In this document: positions 20,638-31,048 of the stretch, one piece after another
Numbering within the stretch: the stretch's first letter is position 1
Layout of the letters: the number at the start of each line of letters is the position of its first letter
Source: a virus
Length of the DNA stretch: 64,000 nt
Virus record (IMG/VR): IMGVR_UViG_3300029319_008653
Location: 1 to 64,000 of that record
Reading direction: 5' to 3' (one strand)
Position numbers and translations under genes: made by a program
The notes under the pieces: generated by a model
Databases searched by the model: none
What the model was told of the DNA's origin: nothing
What the model saw: the letters and a program-made list of their open reading frames with translations, nothing else

Positions 20638-21390
20638 ATGAAAAAATTTAAAACATACTTTGAAGAAACAGAAATAGAAAGTCTTGAAGCATTAATTGCT
20701 AATCCTGACCCAAGTCGAGTAAAAATGTACGGCGGGGGCACAGAATATGTTGATATGCTTAAGAAAAAATTAGAAAAAGCTAAAAAATCTCATTCTAAAG
20801 AAGATGAAGAAGTTGAAGAATTATCAGAAGATAAATTTTTTAGTAGATTTACTGACTTTGGTATAAGCTATAAAGGCTATCATTTAGAAGTAGAGCAAGA
20901 TGAAGAACCTAATGAAAGATATTTTTATTATGGTACAATATATAACCCGGAGGGTAAGAGTATGAAATTACCTCCAAGAGATATAGGTGCAGGTAGTGAA
21001 GATTTTGTAACTACTATGGGTAGTATAAAAGCTAAAGAATTTAAAATGTATATTGATAAAATCTCTGCTGACAATGAAGATGCAGAGAAAAAAAGTAAGT
21101 TCAAAATTTATAAGGGTAAGGATTATAAAGTAAAAGTAGAGAGAGGTAAAAAGTTTACTAAAAATGGTATATATATGAAAGTATATTATCAAAATCCTAG
21201 CCTATCTAAAGCTAGACAAAAACAAATAGCCAATCAAATACATAGAGCTGTATCCGATGAAGAACATCCAGAAGATGCACAAGATCGTTGTAAAAGAAAA
21301 GCAGATCAAGTTTATGGTAAGAAAACTTCTGCTTATAAATCAGGTGCTATAGTAAGATGCCGTCAAGGTAAAATTTGGAAGAAAAAATGA
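20638..21390 (+). CDS. modular hypothetical late protein
   Basis: N-terminal MKKFKTYFEE; C-terminal module DRCKRKADQVYGKKTSAYKSGAIVRCR. Confidence 0.72.
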   Translation: MKKFKTYFEETEIESLEALIANPDPSRVKMYGGGTEYVDMLKKKLEKAKKSHSKEDEEVEELSEDKFFSRFTDFGISYKGYHLEVEQDEEPNERYFYYGTIYNPEGKSMKLPPRDIGAGSEDFVTTMGSIKAKEFKMYIDKISADNEDAEKKSKFKIYKGKDYKVKVERGKKFTKNGIYMKVYYQNPSLSKARQKQIANQIHRAVSDEEHPEDAQDRCKRKADQVYGKKTSAYKSGAIVRCRQGKIWKKK

Positions 21391-21539
21391 GAGAATTTGA
21401 TACAGTATTGGAAGGCCTTTGGGCTAATATTAACAAAGCTAGAGCTTCTGGTAAAAAGAGTAAAGCTTGGAAAAATGATCCTAAGTATAGAAAGAAGCTA
21501 AAGAAAGCAGTTAAAAAATTAGAAAAAGGTTCACGATGA
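21387..21539 (+). CDS. small basic protein, 50 aa (MREFDTVLEGLWANINKAR...), not in the ORF track
   Basis: Translated by hand; ATGA overlaps at both ends. Confidence 0.7.
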   Translation: MREFDTVLEGLWANINKARASGKKSKAWKNDPKYRKKLKKAVKKLEKGSR

Positions 21540-21826
21540 GAGAGTTTGATAAATTAGCTGAACAGTATCTTACTGAAATAAATGAAGCTAGTGATTCTCT
21601 TCGACAATGGTTTAAAAGAGGGGGCACTGATCCTAAGACCGGTAAAAAATTTAAAGGTTGGATAAATTGCAAGACGGGCGGGCCCTGTGGCCGTAAGTCT
21701 AGAAAATCCGGTGGTAGTTACCCTGCATGCAGACCTACAAAAGCAGAATGCAATAAAATAAAAGGCAAGATGTACCAGAAAAAGAGCTCTAAAAGAGTTA
21801 ACTGGAAAAAGAAAAAGAAGAAATAA
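21536..21826 (+). CDS. basic Cys-containing conserved phage protein
   Basis: LRQWFK...GPCGRK...YPACRP. Confidence 0.72.
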   Translation: MREFDKLAEQYLTEINEASDSLRQWFKRGGTDPKTGKKFKGWINCKTGGPCGRKSRKSGGSYPACRPTKAECNKIKGKMYQKKSSKRVNWKKKKKK

Positions 21827-22063
21827 TTAAGAAGTTTCTCTAAAAACAAAAGTTAGTCTTGGACCAGGTATAATAAAATCTATAACTGAATTAGCTGGAG
21901 CTGTTAAATTAATCCATTCTTGTAAAAGTTCGGGATCGCCTCCAATATCTTTTTCAGTTATAGTAACTGTTTCACCATATGGGTTAGTTGTTGTTATATA
22001 ATTACCTGAACCCAATGCTGATGTTGCTGGTACTACTGCTACTGTAAAATCTCCTGCTGCCAT
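21827..22063 (-). CDS. small hypothetical late protein
   Basis: AATAAATA-N5-ATG. Confidence 0.65.
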   Translation of the reverse strand: MAAGDFTVAVVPATSALGSGNYITTTNPYGETVTITEKDIGGDPELLQEWINLTAPANSVIDFIIPGPRLTFVFRETS

Positions 22064-22115
22064 ATTATTATTTATTGTCGGCTTGTCATTTCTCTATTAA
22101 AGTATAAATATTAAT

Positions 22116-22763
22116 ATGCCTGATTTTTTTATAGATGCATGTCCTAACTGTGCAGTTTGCAATTCTGATATACGTGTAGTACGTAATAGACACCATACAC
22201 CATCAGGATTTGTTAATCAAAAAGGTGATGTACCATATCAAGATGTACCCTTTAAGACTGAAATGGAATTTTTAAGAAATACATGCAGAATGCCAGGTAA
22301 AGATTTAAATAAACTTGATATATGTGCATCTGAATTCAGATATGCTTCTATGTTATCATTTGGAGCAAATGTAGGCAATACAACTTTTCATACTTATAGT
22401 AAGAGTACAGATGGATCTATTTGTATTACTGTATGCGCCAATACAGTAAATAATGAAATAGGAACTGGAGACAAATACTATGCATTTAGTAGAGATGATG
22501 GTAAGACTTTTGATATAGCTTCAGTTAATACAAATACTAAAAATTTCGGTTCACTTAGAGCAGGTAGATATAGTATTTGTGTTAGAGACCAAACAGTTAC
22601 TCGAGCTGGTTGTTCGCGATCTACAGTAGCGGGTACTATGGTAACAGTAGGAAACGGCGGGGGAGGCTCCGGTGCTTCCAATGCTCAAGGCGCTGGTGCT
22701 ACTTTTTCTGGGCGACCAGGTTATGATGATACAGAGCGAACATACGGTTTGCCATCTAACTAA
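22116..22763 (+). CDS. Cys/Gly-rich late protein with an Ig-like/SprB-like segment (candidate virion adhesin or decoration protein)
   Basis: TATAAATA-N5-ATG; 9 Cys including N-terminal CPNCAVC; YAFSRDDGKTF...FGSLRAGRYSICVRD; Gly-rich tail. Confidence 0.55.
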   Translation: MPDFFIDACPNCAVCNSDIRVVRNRHHTPSGFVNQKGDVPYQDVPFKTEMEFLRNTCRMPGKDLNKLDICASEFRYASMLSFGANVGNTTFHTYSKSTDGSICITVCANTVNNEIGTGDKYYAFSRDDGKTFDIASVNTNTKNFGSLRAGRYSICVRDQTVTRAGCSRSTVAGTMVTVGNGGGGSGASNAQGAGATFSGRPGYDDTERTYGLPSN

Positions 22764-23320
22764 TGAATATAGATTTTTTAAGAAAACATTATAAAGATGA
22801 ACCTTTTCAGCATGGATTAGGATTTATGATACTAAAAATGAAAAGTAACTCTCAGTTAAATTTTCATACTAATTTAGTTTCAGGGCCTTCAAAATCTCCC
22901 CATAGTCATACTGCAAATTTTAACAGTAAGTGTTTATTCGGTGAATTAAAAAATATTATATATGATTATAAAGAAGTCACAGCCAGTGATTGGGCCTTAG
23001 TAAGTGTAACATGCAGAGAAGGAGATAAACCTGAGGTAATTAATAATAATATAAAACCGGTAATTATTTCAGAACAAATACAAAGAAAAGGAGATACAAT
23101 ATCTCACTTTTATAAAAATATACATGATTTTAAACTACTATCTAAACATGCGTGTACAAGAATGACTACTACTAATACACCGCAGCATTCTCAGAAACCA
23201 CTAGCTATAAAAGATAAAAATATAGAATGGATTTGTCCTTATGAAAATAGAGGTACGCCTGAAGAAAATTGGGATATTATCGATCAAATTTTAAGAGATC
23301 AAGATAATGTTTTATCATAA
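22763..23320 (+). CDS. cupin-like protein
   Basis: PHSH...FNSKCLFGEL and a later His. Confidence 0.5.
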   Translation: MNIDFLRKHYKDEPFQHGLGFMILKMKSNSQLNFHTNLVSGPSKSPHSHTANFNSKCLFGELKNIIYDYKEVTASDWALVSVTCREGDKPEVINNNIKPVIISEQIQRKGDTISHFYKNIHDFKLLSKHACTRMTTTNTPQHSQKPLAIKDKNIEWICPYENRGTPEENWDIIDQILRDQDNVLS

Positions 23321-23843
23321 AAGAGGAGATATAATTAGCACAACTCCATGCTGCCAGCCTTCGAAAGATGTTTTTAATAACTGGCTAAAAGAATGGAGCA
23401 AGCTTCCATATTACAATAAATATGATTTATATTTAACCGGTGCTTTTTGTCAAAATTATTTTTTAAATAAAAATATAGATACTTTTGATATAGATTTATT
23501 TCTTACGGGTAAACCAAAAACAAAAACTGATTATTATATTTTAAAAAATTTATTAGAAAAAGGTATTGAGATTGGGTATAAAAATAAACTTTTAATAGAT
23601 ATATATTGGAGAAAAGAACTTCCAACATTTAAAAAATTCTGTACTACTAGAATAGTAACCTATACTGAAATAATTTATAAATCAGATACCAGTGCAAGTA
23701 CGTATCATATACCAGGTTGTATAAAAGAATTAATACCAGGATTATATGTAGTAGAAGATGATCCGTTACCTAATTATAAAAAATTTATTTCTAAAAATTA
23801 TGAACTAGCGTGTAAAAGGGTAGATGTATCTCTACTTGATTAA
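23307..23843 (+). CDS. Pol-beta-superfamily nucleotidyltransferase-like protein
   Basis: LYLTGAF...TFDIDLFL...LIDI. Confidence 0.6.
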   Translation: MFYHKRGDIISTTPCCQPSKDVFNNWLKEWSKLPYYNKYDLYLTGAFCQNYFLNKNIDTFDIDLFLTGKPKTKTDYYILKNLLEKGIEIGYKNKLLIDIYWRKELPTFKKFCTTRIVTYTEIIYKSDTSASTYHIPGCIKELIPGLYVVEDDPLPNYKKFISKNYELACKRVDVSLLD

Positions 23844-23869
23844 TAAAAGCTATTTTCTAAATATTCTTA

Positions 23870-24733
23870 ATGGATAATAATAATTCAATTTTAAGAGATA
23901 TCTATGAAAACTTTATTCTTGAAATGGAATATAACCACCCGGATGGAGAAAGACATTATGGTTATATAACTAGAAATCCTGAGTATTTAGAAGGAGATAT
24001 TCAGCCAGACGAAGATGACAATTATGTAGTTTATGATCTACTTACTAAAAAATGGATACGAAGCAGCACTACTAGTAGTGCATTCTTTACTGTAACCTGC
24101 CCAGATATAAACGGAGAAGACGGTAAACCTTTAAAGAATCCTTTCGCTCTAGCAGATATTTCAGATAAAGAAATAATAGATAATGCTAATACTTCCTTGC
24201 TTTTAAAAATTAAAGCTAGACAAACAGCAATTAATGAAGCTTTAAAAGAAATTAAAGATATAATTACGATAAATGAAGAGGTTAAATTATATTATTATTC
24301 ATTATTTTCAGCATATGGCTTTAGAGAGTATAGTAATAAAGATGCAAATCTTTTAGCTATCCTAGCTATTGCCGAGCAACCTTATATTAAAGTATTACAA
24401 AATAAGCCTACTAAGGAAGAACTTAAAATTGCACAGACTAATTGGCTAAAGGTTATAGATGAAAAAATTGCTTTTTCACTATCGGAATTAGATAATGAAA
24501 AAAAGCAGCTCGACCCTAATAATGAAGAATACGAGTATGAAGTTGAAGAAATAGAAACTATAAAAGGACTAATAAAAGATCTCCACGATGAGTATGAAGC
24601 TAAATTAAAAGACACGGTAGATTATAAGGATGTATTACAAGTATGGCCTCCTCTCTTATTACCACGACCTGCTTATATTGAAAAGTGGATAAAATTAGAG
24701 CATGCTTTTCCATATGAAAATAAATCTGAGTAA
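23870..24733 (+). CDS. hypothetical protein (C-terminus resembles tail-fibre chaperones)
   Basis: Helical C-terminus containing WPPLLLPRP; CTAAATA upstream. Confidence 0.55.
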   Translation: MDNNNSILRDIYENFILEMEYNHPDGERHYGYITRNPEYLEGDIQPDEDDNYVVYDLLTKKWIRSSTTSSAFFTVTCPDINGEDGKPLKNPFALADISDKEIIDNANTSLLLKIKARQTAINEALKEIKDIITINEEVKLYYYSLFSAYGFREYSNKDANLLAILAIAEQPYIKVLQNKPTKEELKIAQTNWLKVIDEKIAFSLSELDNEKKQLDPNNEEYEYEVEEIETIKGLIKDLHDEYEAKLKDTVDYKDVLQVWPPLLLPRPAYIEKWIKLEHAFPYENKSE

Positions 24734-25592
24734 AAACGTTACATATGATAAAATTCTCATAGGCAAACTTTATCAAGAAAAATATTTTTTTAATAATGAA
24801 TATCCACAAGATGATAAAGTATATGATTTAATATCGTCATATTATAGTATAGATAAAAAGTTTATAGCTATTGGTTATGGTTCTGCTGATGTTCTAAATA
24901 GAATTATAGGTAATTTATCTTTAGATGATTTATTTGTTATAGAGCCTACATTTCATGGAGCTGAAAGATTTTGCCGGTATCATAATGTTATGTATATACC
25001 GTGGAAGTATAAAAATTTTAATCAAATAGATATAGAAGATATTCCAAGCAACTGTAATGTGTATATAGCTAATCCTAATGGTAATAATGGGCACGCTTTT
25101 AGCTTAGATAGTTTAAAAAAATTATTAAAGAGAAGCAAATTGCTTATTATTGACGAGGCTTATATAGATTATGGAGGTGAAAGTATTATAAAAGAGAGAG
25201 CTTCTAATTTAATAGTATTAAGAACTTTTAGTAAAAGTTTAGGATTACCAGATATACGATGCGGTTTTGCTGTTGCGTCGGAAAATAATATTAATTTAAT
25301 TAGAAGTACTGAATTGCCATATTGCTCTACCGGTAGAACTGAAAAAATATTAAAAAAATATATAAATCAAATACCTGATACTGTTGAAAGAATGATAGCT
25401 GCTAGAAATTTTGTTGAAAGCAAATTTGAATGTATAAAATCTAAAGGAAATTATGTTCTACTAAATAAAAAATACGAATCTTTATTTAAAGATAAAGCTA
25501 TAATATCATATAGAGATAAGTTTTTAAGAATAGCATTAACTAATAAGGAGTTTTTTGAAAAGATATGGGAAGAAAATCTAAAGAAACATTAA
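24702..25592 (+). CDS. class I/II PLP aminotransferase (HisC/CobD-like)
   Basis: ANPNG, IIDEAY, LRTFSKSLGL, RCGF; the start may be 24714. Confidence 0.85.
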   Translation: MLFHMKINLSKNVTYDKILIGKLYQEKYFFNNEYPQDDKVYDLISSYYSIDKKFIAIGYGSADVLNRIIGNLSLDDLFVIEPTFHGAERFCRYHNVMYIPWKYKNFNQIDIEDIPSNCNVYIANPNGNNGHAFSLDSLKKLLKRSKLLIIDEAYIDYGGESIIKERASNLIVLRTFSKSLGLPDIRCGFAVASENNINLIRSTELPYCSTGRTEKILKKYINQIPDTVERMIAARNFVESKFECIKSKGNYVLLNKKYESLFKDKAIISYRDKFLRIALTNKEFFEKIWEENLKKH

Positions 25593-25777
25593 AAAAAGAA
25601 TTTAAAAATGCTAGAGTTAAGTATATGCGTATAATGAACGATTTTGCGCGCTGCCATCCTAACAGTAAAAGATATTCAGAAATACAAGAAAAGGTAATGA
25701 TAGCAGAAGAGAATTGCGTCTTATTAAATCGTAAAATACATAACTGGAAGCATGGTGATTGTGATAAATTAATTTAA
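25565..25777 (+). CDS. small hypothetical protein
   Basis: Overlapping ORF within the operon. Confidence 0.55.
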   Translation: MGRKSKETLKKEFKNARVKYMRIMNDFARCHPNSKRYSEIQEKVMIAEENCVLLNRKIHNWKHGDCDKLI

Positions 25778-26607
25778 TGAATATTGAAACATTTAGAGAC
25801 CTACAAGCTACTAATGTTAATTTAAATAATAAATTTTCTATGCTTCGAATGGTAGAAATTAATCCTACAGAGTTATGTAATAGAAAATGTTCTTTCTGTC
25901 CCCGATCAAATAGACGAGTTTATCCTAATAGAAATAAACATATATCAGTAAAAACTATTGAGCATTTATGTAAAGGTTTAAAAGATATCAATTTTAATAA
26001 TAGAATAGGTTTTGTAGGATTTGGAGAGCCTCTTTTATGTAAAACTTTAATACCGTGTATAAAAAAAGTAAAAGAAATAATACCTGATATAGAATGGCTA
26101 GAAATAAACACTAACGGTGATAAATTAACTGCTGAAAAAATTAAAGAATTGTATGAAGCAGGATTAACAAATATCACAATTAGCATGTATGATAGTGATA
26201 AAACGGATTATTTTAAAGAATTAAAAGGCAGTATACCCATAGATCTTATTTTTAGACATCATTATAATCCTGAAACTAATTATAATTTGAACATAGTGAA
26301 TAGAAAGGAAATATTACAAAAGAAAAATAAAATTCATTCTAAAGATAGCTGCTTTTTACCTTTTTATAAATTAATGCTTGACTGGAATGGAGATGTACTA
26401 CTATGTAATAATGATTGGTCAAGGCAAAATAAATTTGGTAACGTAAATTATGATACCATTAAAAATATTTGGTTTGGTGAAGCTTTAAATAATTTTCGTA
26501 AAAAATTACTTTCAACAAGAAAAGCATGCGGACCTTGTAGGTATTGCTCTATAGATGGAAAGCTTAGAGGAATTGATTCAGTAGAATTATTTCTTAATTA
26601 CTATTAA
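25777..26607 (+). CDS. radical SAM protein with a SPASM/twitch domain
   Basis: CNRKCSFC, GFGEPLL, NTNG; CFLPF..DWNGDVLLC...CGPCRYC. Confidence 0.9.
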   Translation: MNIETFRDLQATNVNLNNKFSMLRMVEINPTELCNRKCSFCPRSNRRVYPNRNKHISVKTIEHLCKGLKDINFNNRIGFVGFGEPLLCKTLIPCIKKVKEIIPDIEWLEINTNGDKLTAEKIKELYEAGLTNITISMYDSDKTDYFKELKGSIPIDLIFRHHYNPETNYNLNIVNRKEILQKKNKIHSKDSCFLPFYKLMLDWNGDVLLCNNDWSRQNKFGNVNYDTIKNIWFGEALNNFRKKLLSTRKACGPCRYCSIDGKLRGIDSVELFLNYY

Positions 26608-27285
26608 ATGAGTACGCAAGTTAATGTATTTATAGGTCTAGATGAGCCACATAAAATATCATATGATACATGTAAGTATAGTATTTTATCTAAAAATAAA
26701 AAATATAAACTTAATATTAAGCCTATAAATTATAATACTGTAACTGATTATAAAAAAAAGAAGTCTAAAGACGAATCTACACAGTTTTCTTTTGCAAGAT
26801 TTTGGACACCTTATGAGAGCAATTTTAAAGGTATTAGTATATTTGTTGATGGCGATTTTTTATTTTTAGATTCTATAGATAGTTTAATTGACTTATATGA
26901 TCCTAAAAAAGCAGTTATGGTATGTAAGCATGACTATATTCCTACTAATACTATTAAAATGGATGGTAAAAAACAGACTATATATCCTAGAAAAAATTGG
27001 AGTAGTTTAATAATTTTTAATAATGAGCATCCAAAAAATAAAACTCTAGAGCCATGGTTGCTTAACGACTTAACAGGAGCTTATTTACATAGATTTATGT
27101 GGCTAGTAGATAGAGATATAGGAAGCTTACCTCTTGAATGGAATTGGCTAGTGGGGTATTATGAAGAATTAAAGGAATTTAAGCCTAAAGCATTACATTT
27201 TACTGAAGGTGGTCCGTGGTTAGAAGAATATAAAAATTGTCCTTACAATAAAATATGGAGATCAGTACAGAATGAAATACATTGA
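26608..27285 (+). CDS. GT-A glycosyltransferase (GT8-like)
   Basis: STQFSFARF, VDGDF, YPRKNWSS, WNWLVG, HFTEGGPW. Confidence 0.85.
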   Translation: MSTQVNVFIGLDEPHKISYDTCKYSILSKNKKYKLNIKPINYNTVTDYKKKKSKDESTQFSFARFWTPYESNFKGISIFVDGDFLFLDSIDSLIDLYDPKKAVMVCKHDYIPTNTIKMDGKKQTIYPRKNWSSLIIFNNEHPKNKTLEPWLLNDLTGAYLHRFMWLVDRDIGSLPLEWNWLVGYYEELKEFKPKALHFTEGGPWLEEYKNCPYNKIWRSVQNEIH

Positions 27286-28216
27286 CAATTTTTTGCATAG
27301 TCATGATAAAGAAGTAGATGAGGGTAAATTTAAAGCTCATACTCTTAATGAACGATTTGGAAAGATGGTTAATATGCAAACTATTTTTAATTGTAATTTA
27401 AATTGTAAGTTTTGTAGAGGATCTATACCTAACGTAAAAGAATTATCTAAAGTTAAAACTATGTCTCAAAGTAATTTTGAATTATTTGTAAATAAATTTG
27501 CTGATTATGGAATTAAGTTTATTGAATTAACTCCTGCTATAGGAGAGCCATTTTTAGATTTAGAATTTAATAAAAAATTATTATATTTAGAAGAAAAAAA
27601 AGATATAGAGCATTATCTTGTTACTACTAATTTAACCTTATTGCAACCAAAACATTTTAAACTTATAAAAGACTTGAAAAAACTTATACTGACGGTTTCT
27701 TTATATGGTTACGATGATAGTTCTTATTATGAAAATACTAACCGAAAAGTTTTTAAAAAATTTAAAGATAAGTTTGATATACTTTTTGATCTTTTAAATG
27801 AAAATGTTAATTTTTTATTAGAAATAAATTTAAGATGTGGTAGAGATCTTAAAGATTTTCCTAAAAATGATTTATATATTAAACTTCTTAAGCTTAATAA
27901 ATTAGATAATGTTAAAATAAATCAAGAAGATCTTTATAACCATAATAGAGGCAATAATTTAAAAAATTTTAAAACAAAAAAAGGATGCAGATCAGGTATT
28001 TGTCCCTTCGGCCCCGGCGTGGGAGGTGGTGTTTTACCAAATGGAGACTTTTTATTTTGCCCTTTTAATGATATTAATAATACTGGTATAGTGGGCAATC
28101 TCTTTAAACAATCATTAGAAGAAATTTATGATAGCGATGGCTGGAATAAAGTTGTTAGCGATCAAAAACAAAGTAAATATACAGGTATATGCGAGAATTG
28201 TACAGAGACCTGGTAG
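27272..28216 (+). CDS. radical SAM protein with a SPASM/twitch domain
   Basis: CNLNCKFC, GEPFLD, TTN; CPFG..PNGDFLFC..GNL..CENC. Confidence 0.9.
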   Translation: MKYIDNFLHSHDKEVDEGKFKAHTLNERFGKMVNMQTIFNCNLNCKFCRGSIPNVKELSKVKTMSQSNFELFVNKFADYGIKFIELTPAIGEPFLDLEFNKKLLYLEEKKDIEHYLVTTNLTLLQPKHFKLIKDLKKLILTVSLYGYDDSSYYENTNRKVFKKFKDKFDILFDLLNENVNFLLEINLRCGRDLKDFPKNDLYIKLLKLNKLDNVKINQEDLYNHNRGNNLKNFKTKKGCRSGICPFGPGVGGGVLPNGDFLFCPFNDINNTGIVGNLFKQSLEEIYDSDGWNKVVSDQKQSKYTGICENCTETW

Positions 28217-28998
28217 ATAAAAACGTTATAACTTTTACTACAGATAAAAACTATCTGCCGTTTGCTAAAATATTAGTAAATTCAATTAAAAAAAATTCAC
28301 CTAATTTAGAAATAGTAGGTAGATTTGTTAATTGTAGTGATAATGATCTATTAGAATTTAAAAATATTAGTATTATCTCAGATACTAAAAAATTATCTAC
28401 TATCCGTAACTTAAAGACTAAAGAAGGCTTATATGCCGTAGATACTGAAGATCTTACTTTAAAAAATAAAACTAGCGTAAAGCCGCTTAAATTATTCTAT
28501 AGTGAACTTATAGCATATTGTTCAAATATAAAGTTTAATACTATAAAAAATCTTTTAAAGCATAATATTAAGAATGTTTTATATCTTGATGTGGACTCTA
28601 TTGTAAGGGGCAGACTGGATACTCTTTTTGAAGATTTAAATAACCATGAATTTTGTTTTTATAAAGATAAACCTTATAGTGAGCAATTAGATACAAAGCG
28701 ATTAGAAGATGAAGATTTTCTTTATCATGGTGGATTAATAGGAGTTCATAATAATAGTAACACGAATAATATAATTAACTGGGCTTGTGATATAGTAGAG
28801 GAAGATATTTTTGATTGGGATGTAGATGAGAGAATTATAACAGGATTTTTAAATAAATCTAATAGTATAAAAAATATTAATGTAAAATTTAAAGATGAAA
28901 TGCTAGAAACCAATTCAATTATTTGGTCAGGCTCTGGCAATACTAAATTTACTCAAGATCGTTATATAGAAGAAAGTAAAAAATATGGCACTTTATAA
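28189..28998 (+). CDS. GT-A glycosyltransferase-like protein (paralogue 1 of 3)
   Basis: FTTDKNY, YLDVDSIV, WDVDE, IWSGSG. Confidence 0.7.
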   Translation: MRELYRDLVDKNVITFTTDKNYLPFAKILVNSIKKNSPNLEIVGRFVNCSDNDLLEFKNISIISDTKKLSTIRNLKTKEGLYAVDTEDLTLKNKTSVKPLKLFYSELIAYCSNIKFNTIKNLLKHNIKNVLYLDVDSIVRGRLDTLFEDLNNHEFCFYKDKPYSEQLDTKRLEDEDFLYHGGLIGVHNNSNTNNIINWACDIVEEDIFDWDVDERIITGFLNKSNSIKNINVKFKDEMLETNSIIWSGSGNTKFTQDRYIEESKKYGTL

Positions 28999-29521
28999 TA
29001 TAAAAGATAATTTTCTTACTGAAACTAATAGGCTTAAAATAAAGAAAAGATTAGAAGAGTCTACATTATGGGGTAAGTTTGGAGATAGAGAAGCTTTTAC
29101 TTTTACGTTTATCAAAAATAATATTCCGGAAGACTTTAAAGCATTTGTAACACAAAAACATAATGTATATCAATTTGTAGCTTTAAAGGTTAAAGAAGGA
29201 GGAGCTATCGAAGACCATATAGATGATGATTTTGCTGAAAGCTTTAAAAAATATCAACCAGGTGCTATTGTAGGTTTACCTGAAACAACAGTATATTATG
29301 TCGATATTGATAATTCAATGAAAGGTGGTAATTTAATAGTAGAGGGTGAAACTATTAAGCCTACAACCAATAAGGCTGTAATACTTTCACCTGGCTGTTC
29401 ACATAAGGTATCTAATATGGAAGCTGGTTGCAACCCCCGACTAACAATTGTATGTGAAAAATATCGTATTTTAAGTAAGTTCTTACCGCATATAAAAACT
29501 CCAAATTATAAAAGCGGTTAA
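28985..29521 (+). CDS. 2OG-Fe(II) oxygenase
   Basis: HxD (DHIDD), GGNL, SHKV, RLT. Confidence 0.75.
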   Translation: MALYNIKDNFLTETNRLKIKKRLEESTLWGKFGDREAFTFTFIKNNIPEDFKAFVTQKHNVYQFVALKVKEGGAIEDHIDDDFAESFKKYQPGAIVGLPETTVYYVDIDNSMKGGNLIVEGETIKPTTNKAVILSPGCSHKVSNMEAGCNPRLTIVCEKYRILSKFLPHIKTPNYKSG

Positions 29522-29524
29522 ATC

Positions 29525-29552
29525 TTGAATATTTAAAAGTATATACTATAAT
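29525..29552 (+). promoter_or_regulatory. early promoter TTGAAT-N16-TATAAT-N7-ATG
   Basis: Read directly. Confidence 0.7.
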
Positions 29553-29559
29553 TGTAAGA

Positions 29560-30465
29560 ATGAAGATAGCTATAGTTGGCGGATCAGGATTTATCGGAAG
29601 ACATACAGCCCAAGAATTAAGAGAACATGGGCACGATGTAACTATTTTTGATAAAGTAGAGGGCGTAGATGCATTAGATATGGATAAGCTGTATTATGCA
29701 TTTAAACGATCTTTACCGTTTGATGCTGTTTATATGTTTGCTGCAATATCGGATAGTAAGGAAAACCTTACTGATATTCAGTATGCAGTTCATACTAACA
29801 TAATGTGTTTAACTAATACTCTTAAAGTATGTGAGTGTTTTAATATACCAAGAATAATATTTTCATCTACCGTATGGGTTTATAGTGTTTCGCAATCTGA
29901 GTATAATACTGAAGAGAATATGCTTCCTATTACTGAATCTGATCATATATATACAACGTGTAAGTTAGCTTGTGAAAGTATAGTAAAAAATTATTGTGCT
30001 GTTAGAGATATTGATTATACTATTTTACGATATGGTATTGCGTATGGTCCAGATTGTCATCCTGATATGATTCTATCAAAATTTATAACTAATGCATTAA
30101 ATGGTAAAAAGTTAATTATAACTGGTAATGGAGATACTTTTAGAAATTTTTTATACGTAACCGACCATGCTAGAGGTAATCGATTGGCTTTAGATGATGC
30201 AGCCCGAAATCAAATTATTAATCTAGAAGGCCCTGAGAAGGTAACTTTAAAAGAAGTAGCAGCACGTGTTAAAGAATTACATAGTAAAGATACTACTATT
30301 ATTTTTACTAGCGAGAGACATGGAGATTATAAGGGTAAGCATGTAAGTAATTCTAAAGCTAAGTCATTATTAGACTGGGAACCGAAAGTATCATTTAAAG
30401 AAGGTTCAAAACAATTATATGAGTATATCAAAAAAAATATTAATAGTAGCGCCGCATGCAGATGA
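29560..30465 (+). CDS. NAD-dependent epimerase/dehydratase (extended SDR)
   Basis: GGSGFIG, YTTCK, LRYGIAYGP. Confidence 0.9.
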   Translation: MKIAIVGGSGFIGRHTAQELREHGHDVTIFDKVEGVDALDMDKLYYAFKRSLPFDAVYMFAAISDSKENLTDIQYAVHTNIMCLTNTLKVCECFNIPRIIFSSTVWVYSVSQSEYNTEENMLPITESDHIYTTCKLACESIVKNYCAVRDIDYTILRYGIAYGPDCHPDMILSKFITNALNGKKLIITGNGDTFRNFLYVTDHARGNRLALDDAARNQIINLEGPEKVTLKEVAARVKELHSKDTTIIFTSERHGDYKGKHVSNSKAKSLLDWEPKVSFKEGSKQLYEYIKKNINSSAACR

Positions 30466-31048
30466 TGAAGTTCTTGGAGTAGGTGGTACTACATCTAAAA
30501 TGCTTTCAGATGGTCATGACGTCCATTTAATTGTATGTTCAAAAAGATCTAATGATCTTAAAGAATATGAAGAAGCTATGGTACATTATACTAATTTTAC
30601 TTGGTTAGAATTTAATGATGAAAGGTTAAATTTAGTAAAAAATCATCTATTAAAAGAAATAGAAAAAATTTATAATAAAGTACAGCCTGATATAGTTTTT
30701 ATACCTAATAAAGATGATTTTAATTTAGATCATAAAGCTGTATATGAGGTATGTGAGATAGTATGTCGAAGATATCAAGAGTATCCTCCGGAGATGGTGT
30801 TAATGTATGAAGTACCATCATCGACCACTCAGTCTTTTGATAACAACTTTAAATGTAATTATTATGTCTCTCTAACAGAAGAAGAAGTACAAAATAAAGC
30901 TAATATATTTTTAAAATATACAAATGAAATAAGAGAGTTTCCTAATCCTAGAAATAGTGAAGGTATTCATTTATATTCACGATTTAGAGGAATGGAATGT
31001 AGTGCACAATATGCTGAGGGCTTTAATTTAATATATAGTAAATTATAA
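30419..31048 (+). CDS. PIG-L/LmbE-family N-deacetylase
   Basis: APHADDEVLGVGG, DH, YE. Confidence 0.88.
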   Translation: MSISKKILIVAPHADDEVLGVGGTTSKMLSDGHDVHLIVCSKRSNDLKEYEEAMVHYTNFTWLEFNDERLNLVKNHLLKEIEKIYNKVQPDIVFIPNKDDFNLDHKAVYEVCEIVCRRYQEYPPEMVLMYEVPSSTTQSFDNNFKCNYYVSLTEEEVQNKANIFLKYTNEIREFPNPRNSEGIHLYSRFRGMECSAQYAEGFNLIYSKL

